The position numbers were made by a program, and so were the translations under genes. The notes under the pieces are model-generated. The model saw nothing but the letters and a program-made list of their open reading frames with translations, made no database searches and was not told where the DNA came from. A stretch of DNA of 63,561 nt, from the NCBI GenBank assembly GCA_964510235.1, contig CAZEBF010000002.1, positions 1 to 63,561 on the forward strand. Reading direction: 5' to 3'. Positions 37,090 to 44,021 of the stretch are shown piece by piece. The number at the start of each line of letters is the position of its first letter. Positions within the stretch are counted from its first letter, which is position 1. The stretch comes from an uncultured Candidatus Saccharibacteria bacterium (GTDB lineage: Bacteria; Patescibacteriota; Saccharimonadia; Saccharimonadales; CAYUUR01).

Positions 37090-37902
37090 CTATTTTTTGG
37101 ACGGAGCAATGTATTTTGGATTGAGCCGCACCGATTTGGTAGTGAGCTTGAATAAGTCTGATATGTTCGTGGACTTTTCAACACGGGCGTTCATCTTTTG
37201 GATAATGTCGTATACCTTATTCCAGTCAGTAGGTTTTTGCAGATCAGGCAGATAGTCATACAGACTATCCCAAACGGCATGGAAGTCTTTGAGTTGCCAT
37301 AGTTCGTGTGGCTTACTAAACATTAGCTTGCAAATAGCTGGTGAGTATTCGGCATTTTTATTGAAGCGTATGGCTTCGTCAGCAAAGAATATGGTGCGGT
37401 TTTTAGTGTCATATCTGGCTGGTTCTACGACTTGGGTTACGGTTGGCAATGACCGTTCGCTACTTTCTTCGTAGTCAAAGATAATGTGGCGTAGTTCGGC
37501 GACCCGATCCCCAAAATCATCCAGTATGTCATCTAGCTTACGTTCATTTTCTGTTAGTTCGCTGATAGATAAATTGCTCACACCCGATCCCCGTGGATCG
37601 TTGAACTGCATTTTGTAGCGTGTCTTGCCAATCCTGACCAACACATCTTCCACGTTTTTTATCCAGCCGTCTATGTATTGTTTGGCAGACTGTAGAAGCT
37701 CAACAGTTCGTTCGTGTTCTGGTTCGGGAGTGGGGTATCCAAAAGTGGGTATACCGAAAGGACCAGTTTTTGTTATCTGGGGCATGGACATTGCACTGGG
37801 CATTCTGGTAGGCACTATGGCAGAATAAAGTTTGCCAAACTTATCGCTGGCTTTACTGCCATCATCATACAACCTTACTAATTCAGCTACATCTTCTTTC
37901 AT
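37090..37902 (-). CDS. hypothetical protein, possible C-terminal winged-helix
   Basis: Start set at MKEDVAEL. The C-terminal 90 aa loosely resemble an OmpR-type DNA-binding domain. Confidence 0.4.
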   Translation of the reverse strand: MKEDVAELVRLYDDGSKASDKFGKLYSAIVPTRMPSAMSMPQITKTGPFGIPTFGYPTPEPEHERTVELLQSAKQYIDGWIKNVEDVLVRIGKTRYKMQFNDPRGSGVSNLSISELTENERKLDDILDDFGDRVAELRHIIFDYEESSERSLPTVTQVVEPARYDTKNRTIFFADEAIRFNKNAEYSPAICKLMFSKPHELWQLKDFHAVWDSLYDYLPDLQKPTDWNKVYDIIQKMNARVEKSTNISDLFKLTTKSVRLNPKYIAPSKK

Positions 37903-37990
37903 ACATCTTCCCGAAACTACCACGCAACAACTGTGAAGTATCTTATACCATAATAACACCTAGCAAGGTGTCAGATGATTGATTGCTAAA

Positions 37991-38287
37991 CTAGCGTAAC
38001 AGCCCGACAACAATTAAAACGTCAAGCACTATCCAAAGTAACTGGACAAAGATGATGGGTTTTTCCTTGTGTTTCAAGCCATAGAATAACCAGATAACAG
38101 CAATTACAAAATAGGATAGCCAAGATACGACTGATACACCATCACTTTTTTCTATCCATATTGAATAAACTTGCGGCAGCGTCATTATCGGACCGAGTAT
38201 GACAGCAAGATAAACCAGCTTATCTATGGAAGATTGCTTTTTTTTGCGTTTTTTGTGCAAATGTTTATGGTGACTATTTACGCTCAT
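37991..38287 (-). CDS. SemiSWEET / PQ-loop family membrane protein
   Basis: 98 aa, three TM helices. TLPQV motif and LFYG...KPII pattern as in bacterial SemiSWEETs. Confidence 0.6.
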   Translation of the reverse strand: MSVNSHHKHLHKKRKKKQSSIDKLVYLAVILGPIMTLPQVYSIWIEKSDGVSVVSWLSYFVIAVIWLFYGLKHKEKPIIFVQLLWIVLDVLIVVGLLR

Positions 38288-38407
38288 TTTTGTATTTTTT
38301 GCTTATGCTAAAACCATTGTATCAAAAGTGCTGGTATTTTTGCAGCCGAAAAAATCGGGTATATAGACGGCGGAGTACATATAGCGGATACGAAGGGCGA
38401 CTACCCC

Positions 38408-39358
38408 CTATGCTACTTCTTTCGGTTTTCCTTCATAAAAGGGTAGTAAATCTTCCAGATACTCTTTGCTGGTAGCGTAGGCATAGTCTTTAGACCAACG
38501 CACTAGCAATAGATTGCTCTGAATTATCATTTCATCATTTGTTATGGCGTGTCTTTTTTGCTTCTTACCAGATTTTAGGGGGTCTATGAGTTCAATGAGT
38601 ATTTCAGGTGTCAGGGCTAGATAGTGTCGTCTTTGGGCGATATGATTGCTGTTCATTTTTTCAATCATTGTTTTACCAGTATTATTGAATACCTCAACCA
38701 CTGGTGTATCTGTAGTTATAAACTTCTTTGAGCCTTTGGCTAGATAGAACCGCCACTTTTTTATGACAAACCACCTATGAAACTCTTCGCATTTGGCAAT
38801 AAGTTGTAGGTGGTTAACATTATCATCAAAAGTTAGTTCATATTCGCCACTTTCAAACGTCTTTCTTGCGTCTTCGATCTGTTCATCGGTTACTTCATAT
38901 CCTTCTTTTTCCAATGCCTCTTTAGCCCCGTCAGTAAAGTTCGGGTGCGACGCCATTAGCGTAGTCATCTGCTTCATACCATCAGCCATAGTCTTATTTA
39001 CTTGATTACGCATTCGTGGGCTTCTAATCCAAAGAGAAGCCATAAACCACGCCAAAATATCTAGCTGATGGTCTGTTAGTGGTTTGTAATTCCATATTGC
39101 GTCAACTATATCGTCATACTCTTTAGCGAACTTATCTTCAATTTCGCCAAAAAACTGCTCAAATACTTGGCTTGTTTCATCTTCTTTTCCGGTTTCAACG
39201 GCGTAGTAAAAATCAGCGTAACAAACGCCACTGTAAGGTTGTGCTTTTATAACTTTGCCTTTTTGAATATCTAAAGTCTGCAACAAATTATCAATCGCAA
39301 ATCGTTTGAAATAAAACCGTGGTGCGAAGTGTTGCTTCTTTGTTATCTGATTTGCCAT
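38408..39358 (-). CDS. DUF4238-like protein
   Basis: 316 aa. N-terminal QHFAPRFYFKRF resembles the DUF4238 signature (HyvPqfyLknF). A -10 box TAAAAT lies 7 nt before the ATG. Confidence 0.5.
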   Translation of the reverse strand: MANQITKKQHFAPRFYFKRFAIDNLLQTLDIQKGKVIKAQPYSGVCYADFYYAVETGKEDETSQVFEQFFGEIEDKFAKEYDDIVDAIWNYKPLTDHQLDILAWFMASLWIRSPRMRNQVNKTMADGMKQMTTLMASHPNFTDGAKEALEKEGYEVTDEQIEDARKTFESGEYELTFDDNVNHLQLIAKCEEFHRWFVIKKWRFYLAKGSKKFITTDTPVVEVFNNTGKTMIEKMNSNHIAQRRHYLALTPEILIELIDPLKSGKKQKRHAITNDEMIIQSNLLLVRWSKDYAYATSKEYLEDLLPFYEGKPKEVA

Positions 39359-39627
39359 ATTCCTATTTTACAACCGTATGAGCCGCAAGCACAGGTGTAA
39401 AGCCATGATTATCGAGTATCGGTTTAAGTATTTCTGATATTATTTCAAAAGGCAGTTTGGGGTTACATATTGCGTCCTTTAGGGGCTGCCAAAACAAATG
39501 GATCCCTTAGTGGGGTCCTTTTGTTTTGTTTGTGACATAGGCTTGGTTCTGCGACGTGGATTTTGCTTTAGCAAAAGATACAAGTCGCTTGTGCATTCGT
39601 GAAGTGCTGCGCACAGAAGCTTGCTTC

Positions 39628-39669
39628 GAGCACAGTACAAAACGGCCATGGGCTGACTGTCTCCCGTCG
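39628..39669 (+). pseudogene. decayed partial tRNA-Trp copy (candidate displaced att half)
   Basis: GAGCAC..ACAAAACGG...CTGTCTCCC is colinear with tRNA-Trp GAGCACCGGTCTCCAAAACCGG...CCTGTCTCCCC, but with deletions. Confidence 0.35.
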
Positions 39670-39673
39670 TTAG

Positions 39674-39712
39674 ATAAAACCCAAGAACCCGCGGCTCGTA
39701 TAACCGCGGGTT
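39674..39712 (-). terminator. intrinsic terminator after the Rpf gene
   Basis: AACCCGCGG-loop-CCGCGGGTT, followed on the minus strand by CTTGGGTTTTAT. Confidence 0.6.
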
Positions 39713-39770
39713 GGTTGATTCTCTGGCCTAATGTGAGCTCAGCCTTGATGGTAAATATATGTGTATGTAT

Positions 39771-40412
39771 TTATCTCAAGCCAAGTTTTGCACTACATGC
39801 TGGCCAGTGTCCCCAACCGCCGCTTGCACGTAGCATTTCACCACGTCGTATTTGTTCAGACTTACTTGCCTGATGTGGGTAGCCAGAGCCACCTACACCA
39901 CGCCAGCTACTCAGACTAAATTGTAGTCCACCGTAGTAACCGTTACCTGTGTTGATTGACCAGTTGCCGCCTGATTCACAAGCTGCCAGTCTATCCCAGA
40001 CACCACCGCTTGCTGGGTTTGCAACGGCTCGTGCGGGTTGCTGGCGAGCGCTCTGTGTTCTGGCCTGTGCCTGAGGCTGGGCTGTCTGCACTGGTGCAGC
40101 AACTGCCGCGGCTTTTCCAGGGATAGGCCGTTCATTTAGCTTCTCAGATTTAGATGGTATGCGTACCTTTTGACCTGGATGGATTACATCCGGATCACTT
40201 ATTTTTTTGTTTGCGTAGAAGATTCGCAGATACGTCGTGTCATGCTTCTTGGCAATCTTCGACAAGCTATCGCCCTGTTGGACAGTAGCCACTACTTGCT
40301 TAACTTCTTGTTTTGGTTGCGCAGGCTCAGCTTGAGCATGCGCTGTTGCCCCAGTTGTAGACAGCACAATGCCGCCTAAAACCAGGCCTACTATAGATGC
40401 GACTAATCGCAT
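39771..40412 (-). CDS. rpf: secreted LysM domain + resuscitation-promoting factor (Rpf) transglycosylase-like protein
   Basis: Start at MRLVASIV (signal peptide, GGAGG SD). Has a LysM domain (VQQGDSLSKIAKKH...). C-terminal WDRLAACESGGNWSINTGNGYYGGLQFSLSSW...GYPHQASKSEQI...WGHWPAC is the Rpf signature. Confidence 0.9.
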   Translation of the reverse strand: MRLVASIVGLVLGGIVLSTTGATAHAQAEPAQPKQEVKQVVATVQQGDSLSKIAKKHDTTYLRIFYANKKISDPDVIHPGQKVRIPSKSEKLNERPIPGKAAAVAAPVQTAQPQAQARTQSARQQPARAVANPASGGVWDRLAACESGGNWSINTGNGYYGGLQFSLSSWRGVGGSGYPHQASKSEQIRRGEMLRASGGWGHWPACSAKLGLR

Positions 40413-40589
40413 AGTTTGCCTCCTTATACCCGTTCGTAATGTACCCGTTATTGCTATTTTTAAATGCGTAGCGATTGCTACGTGGGTCATTTAGGTAGTT
40501 GCGCTTTTTCACCTCACACGTAAAAAAGACACGATGAGTAGCGTACCAAACGCAAGTTTAAAGTCAAACAATCATTCAGTACAGTTGAC

Positions 40590-40622
40590 AAAAAAGCAAA
40601 CGCACTCCCTGTTGAGAGTGCG
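40590..40622 (-). terminator. intrinsic terminator after rpmG
   Basis: Minus strand reads CGCACTC-loop-GAGTGCG, then TTTGCTTTTTT. Confidence 0.7.
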
Positions 40623-40643
40623 CTTATGCTATGTTGTGATTTT

Positions 40644-40841
40644 TTACTTTGTTACTTGATTTCGACCAAGGTTTTTCTTGGTTTCTGTGTACCAAGTATG
40701 CTTACGAAGCACAGGATTATACTTCTTCAGACGCAATTTGTCTGGTGTGTTCATAGTGTTTTTCTTGGTGTAGTAGTGTCGATGACCAGTTTCTTCGCAT
40801 ACTAGACCAATTACTTTTCGCTTGTCGCCTTTTTTTGCCAT
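40644..40841 (-). CDS. rpmG: 50S ribosomal protein L33
   Basis: 65 aa, bL33 pattern (YYTKKN...[14 protein letters not shown]). Confidence 0.9.
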   Translation of the reverse strand: MAKKGDKRKVIGLVCEETGHRHYYTKKNTMNTPDKLRLKKYNPVLRKHTWYTETKKNLGRNQVTK

Positions 40842-41059
40842 TACTTCTTGACCTCACTTTTTCGTGGTATTACAACTGCTAGTACAATATACGCAATAAT
40901 TCCAGGCATGATGCCGCTGATAAGTGTTACAAATACAAAGCCAACACGGACAAGCGTAGCGTCGACATCAAAATATTCACCAATGCCTGCACAGACACCG
41001 TCAAGTTTGCGGTCGTCATCAGACTTATAGAGCACTTTCTTCGCAGTCGCCATTATCAT
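40841..41059 (-). CDS. PspC domain-containing membrane protein
   Basis: 72 aa. [13 protein letters not shown] motif plus one TM helix. Confidence 0.8.
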   Translation of the reverse strand: MIMATAKKVLYKSDDDRKLDGVCAGIGEYFDVDATLVRVGFVFVTLISGIMPGIIAYIVLAVVIPRKSEVKK

Positions 41060-41113
41060 TCCTTAACTTTTATGACTCAATCTTGTTGATTCTAACAGAT
41101 TATAAATGAGATT

Positions 41114-41332
41114 TCAAGCGTCGAGTGGATGTGTTTGCCTGCCGGCACGAAACAACATATGAGCTAGGACTGCACTCCCGGCTCCCAAACCTACAGCTAG
41201 TTGAAGCGTGGGGTTTGGTAGAGCGTGTATGTCGAACTGCTCTGCTAATCCTGTTGCACCAAAGATTGCCCCACCTGCCATTGCTTCTACTACTATATTG
41301 TTTGAAATATGTGGAGCTTCTGGTGTGTTCAT
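41114..41332 (-). CDS. hypothetical small Gly/Ala-rich protein
   Basis: 72-aa ORF. Glycine-zipper-like hydrophobic stretches. Confidence 0.35.
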   Translation of the reverse strand: MNTPEAPHISNNIVVEAMAGGAIFGATGLAEQFDIHALPNPTLQLAVGLGAGSAVLAHMLFRAGRQTHPLDA

Positions 41333-41348
41333 AATACCTACTATACCA

Positions 41349-41423
41349 TGGAGCCGAAGACGGGGATTGAACCCGTGACCTCACCCTTACCATGGGTGCG
41401 CTCTACCACTGAGCTACTTCGGC
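41349..41423 (-). tRNA. tRNA-Thr (anticodon GGU), CCA encoded
   Basis: Reverse complement: GCCGAAG acceptor, anticodon arm CACCC-ATGGTAA-GGGTG, T arm ACGGG-TTCAATC-CCCGT. Confidence 0.9.
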
Positions 41424-41453
41424 ATTTTCAAGGTGTTATGATAGCAGAATCAG

Positions 41454-41819
41454 CTATTTTCTCAAAGGCCAATTGTCGTTTGGTGGCGCTGCCGTATACA
41501 ACTTGTACGGAGTAGTGTGCGGTGCAGCTTCACGAATTGCCCATGGAATCACTGTAGCTCCAAGCCCGCGCCGAGCACGGCTAAGAAATAGTTGGTCTGC
41601 TGGGTCTGCTTCTACTACAACAGGATCGAATAATTCGTCTACAGGCGTAGCGTGGAAACCTAGATGAGCGTTAGCTGGATCCTCGAGAGCAAATCCTAGT
41701 AGTCGAGACAGAGCTACATCTTTATCTGGCGCGTGCACAAAAAAATCAGCCGTACGGACTTCATTGCTAAGTCCGCAGTCATACCAAATACCATGTTCTC
41801 CACTAATCATTACTACCAT
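41454..41819 (-). CDS. hypothetical acidic protein
   Basis: 121-aa ORF between tRNA genes. No motif recognised. Confidence 0.4.
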   Translation of the reverse strand: MVVMISGEHGIWYDCGLSNEVRTADFFVHAPDKDVALSRLLGFALEDPANAHLGFHATPVDELFDPVVVEADPADQLFLSRARRGLGATVIPWAIREAAPHTTPYKLYTAAPPNDNWPLRK

Positions 41820-42022
41820 TGTAAGTCTTGCGCATGGTTGTTATCTAGTGGGATTACTAATAACACAACATAAGATGCAGTAGATCTTTCAGGGTGTAGG
41901 GTAATGCACATCTGCGCCCGTTCTCGGAGCAAGCTCCTGCGCGCGGGCTGGATGACCGAACCATACGAAGGTGTCCGTTTCACGGACCAGCCTTCGTAGA
42001 ACCAAATCCGGCAGCATAAACC

Positions 42023-42049
42023 AAAGAAAAAGCCCAGACAGGCTGGGCT
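42023..42049 (-). terminator. hairpin terminator after tRNA-Tyr (bidirectional shape)
   Basis: AGCCCAG-loop-CTGGGCT flanked by A-rich and T-rich runs. Confidence 0.55.
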
Positions 42050-42056
42050 CTTTCTT

Positions 42057-42142
42057 TGGTGCAGGGTGTAGGATTCGAACCTACGAAGGCATAAGCCAAC
42101 AGATTTACAGTCTGTCGTGTTTGACCGCTTCACTAACCCTGC
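42057..42142 (-). tRNA. tRNA-Tyr (anticodon GUA), long variable arm, CCA encoded
   Basis: 86 nt. Anticodon arm ACAGA-CTGTAAA-TCTGT, variable arm, T arm GTAGG-TTCGAATC-CTAC. Confidence 0.9.
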
Positions 42143-42233
42143 ATGTGAGAGAGCTTATTGCGGCTCTCTCTATTGTAAAACACTTCTGGAAACTACACTC
42201 ACAAGTAGTCTCGATTGTTTAGGAGGCCTCGCA

Positions 42234-42350
42234 ATGGTCCTAAACAAAGTTGTAGACGATGCACTGTTACAATCGTCGTTCTGTGGAGCCGCCTGTAGCC
42301 CTGCGGGCTGCAGTTGCTCCCTCGGAAACGTTCAATCAGCAAGCTGTTGA
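42234..42350 (+). CDS. candidate Cys-rich small peptide (38 aa)
   Basis: AGGAGG 7 nt upstream of the ATG. MVLNKVVDDALLQSSFCGAACSPAGCSCSLGNVQSASC. Lies antisense in the tRNA spacer. Confidence 0.2.
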   Translation: MVLNKVVDDALLQSSFCGAACSPAGCSCSLGNVQSASC

Positions 42351-42360
42351 AAGTTTCCTC

Positions 42361-42437
42361 TGGAGCCGCCTGTCGGATTCGAACCGACGACCTACGGTTT
42401 ACAAAACCGTCGCTCTAACCAACTGAGCTAAGGCGGC
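42361..42437 (-). tRNA. tRNA-Thr (anticodon UGU), CCA encoded
   Basis: Reverse complement: GCCGCCT acceptor, anticodon arm ACGGT-TTTGTAA-ACCGT, T arm GTCGG-TTCGAAT-CCGAC. Confidence 0.9.
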
Positions 42438-42481
42438 ACTTATTGTCGTAAAAGTACCGCAAAAGTGTACCAAAACAGGGG

Positions 42482-43135
42482 TTAAATTACAACTCTTTTA
42501 GGACGAACAATGCGTTTACGCTTACCAGAAGGCTCGACTAATTTCTTAAGTTTTGCTTCAACTTCATCTGCTTCAGGCTGCATGCCACGACTTTCGTACG
42601 CTTTCATTAGCAGAGTATAGCTCTCGCGGTTCGGCTCAAGCTCAATGGCTTTATTGAGCTCATCAAACATTTGCTTGTGATTGCCAAGCTTCTCAAGCAC
42701 TTTTGCATACGCAACGTGTCTTGCTGCTAAGCCATCGTCTAGCTTCAGCGCTTGTTCAAAGGCAACTGCTGCCTTCTGGTAGTTTTCTGTCTCGTAGTAG
42801 ATCAAACCAAGGTTATGCAAACTTGACTGGGTGGCTTCAATGCTTGATGCAATCTCAAAACAGTCAATCGCGTCTTTGTATTCTTTCTGTTTGGCATACA
42901 GGATTCCTAAACGGTTGTAGGCAGCGGCATTCTTCTCATCGATTTTAAGAATCGTTAGGAGGGCTTTTTCTGCGCGTAAGAAACGGTTTTCGCGCATGCC
43001 TTGATGAGCAATGTCCCACAATCTACCAACTTTGTCAGAAATCTTTCGTGGCAGGGGTGACAATTCTTCGTCACGCCAACTGGTGCTACGAATAGCCAGT
43101 AGTCCAAAGCCAATTACTAATGCAAGTGCAAACAT
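42482..43135 (-). CDS. tetratricopeptide repeat protein, N-terminal membrane anchor
   Basis: 217 aa. Several TPR units (AAYNRLGILYAKQKEYKDAIDCFE...). Confidence 0.75.
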   Translation of the reverse strand: MFALALVIGFGLLAIRSTSWRDEELSPLPRKISDKVGRLWDIAHQGMRENRFLRAEKALLTILKIDEKNAAAYNRLGILYAKQKEYKDAIDCFEIASSIEATQSSLHNLGLIYYETENYQKAAVAFEQALKLDDGLAARHVAYAKVLEKLGNHKQMFDELNKAIELEPNRESYTLLMKAYESRGMQPEADEVEAKLKKLVEPSGKRKRIVRPKRVVI

Positions 43136-43154
43136 CGCTCATAATTATAGCACG

Positions 43155-44015
43155 TTAGATGTGTAGCGACAGCGAAGTCAAGGCTAGCTTGTTGCTCGCA
43201 TTGGCCCCTAGAAGGTTATCTATCTTTGTGGCTTGTTTTCGTACTGCCTGCCATTTTTGCACTGCAGCATCGTTGCCCTTTTGAGCTGCAGACTGCTGCC
43301 CTATTCGCGCAATTCGCTCAATTGCCCACAAGAAATCTTTAACTTCGATATTTGCATTCTGTAGGTTATTCACCATAATCAGGCGCTGATAATGATTTAC
43401 ACTTATGAATTGTTTAGCGTATTCAATCGCGTTAACTAACGGATGGGCAGCCTGTGTATCGAGGGCGTATAAAAGACCAGGCAAGCCGCCACTGAGCTGA
43501 ATATTTCGGTCAAATAATGCAACGTTATTCGGCTGCATACCAGCTCTAATCTGTGCAAATGAGGGTACTTCAATGCGTAGCTGTTGTGATCGAGACAGAA
43601 TGGTCGACAGCATCTGCTGCAAGTCACTGACACACAAAAGCAGTACGGTGTCGGCTGGTGGTTCTTCTAGTGTTTTTAGTAGGGCATTTTGAGCTTCTAT
43701 TGTCATGGTGTCCGCAGAAGAAATATGCACAACACGTTGAATTGTATTGTTTGCTCCTGGAACTTTAAGACGAAGAAAATCGACAACTTGCCTGATTGAT
43801 TCTATCGATATACTTCCCTTGTCTGATGGGTCAATTCGTACATAGTGCATATCTGCATCAAGTTTTGCTATTGAAAGCAGCTGTCGTGCTAGATGTTCTG
43901 CAACGTAATCTTTGCCTACACCCTTGGGTCCGTGAAGGATTAGGCTGTTTGCAGGGTGTGCTAGCTGGCGCTTAATGGCTCGAGCTGTTTGTTCGTGTAG
44001 AATTGGCGACTGCAT
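43155..44015 (-). CDS. holB: DNA polymerase III subunit delta'
   Basis: 286 aa. LILHGPKGVGK Walker A-like motif, ALLKTLEEPP and SRSQ motifs. Confidence 0.8.
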   Translation of the reverse strand: MQSPILHEQTARAIKRQLAHPANSLILHGPKGVGKDYVAEHLARQLLSIAKLDADMHYVRIDPSDKGSISIESIRQVVDFLRLKVPGANNTIQRVVHISSADTMTIEAQNALLKTLEEPPADTVLLLCVSDLQQMLSTILSRSQQLRIEVPSFAQIRAGMQPNNVALFDRNIQLSGGLPGLLYALDTQAAHPLVNAIEYAKQFISVNHYQRLIMVNNLQNANIEVKDFLWAIERIARIGQQSAAQKGNDAAVQKWQAVRKQATKIDNLLGANASNKLALTSLSLHI

Positions 44016-44021
44016 GGTGTT

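Larger units (their letters stand above)
33733..39669. mobile_element. Putative integrative element 2 at tRNA-Trp (about 5.9 kb)
   Basis: Contains a serine recombinase, excisionase-type HTH, Rep-like and SpoVG-like genes plus cargo. Bounded by tRNA-Trp and a decayed tRNA-Trp-like fragment. Looks more AT-rich than the flanks by eye. Confidence 0.6.

Noticed and set aside
39556-39873. 105-aa plus-strand ORF
   Set aside because: It spans the decayed tRNA-like fragment, the rpf terminator and the 3' end of rpf in antisense. No start context.
40413-40590. ydaO-type c-di-AMP riboswitch in the rpf leader
   Set aside because: There are only loose resemblances (ACCCACGUAGCAAUCGCUACGCA against the conserved CCGACAGCUAACCUCGUAAGCG), and the GGGGA/ACGGGG blocks were not found. 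This needs a covariance-model search and is mentioned only as a test.
41905-42000. Structured RNA tested by eye against SRP (4.5S), 6S, RNase P and tmRNA; the same was done for the rod-like leader at 24110-24235
   Set aside because: No GGAAGCAGC-type SRP domain IV motif, no GAGGAAAGUCC RNase P motif, and no tRNA-like tmRNA ends. They are left as unassigned structures and are not called as ncRNA genes.
41813-42133. 106-aa ORF (and the overlapping plus-strand ORFs 41971-42222 and 42117-42350 as full-length proteins)
   Set aside because: They read through or antisense to tRNA-Tyr and its terminator, with typical tRNA-antisense peptide strings. Only the SD-preceded internal 38-aa part of 42117-42350 was kept, as a low-confidence candidate.
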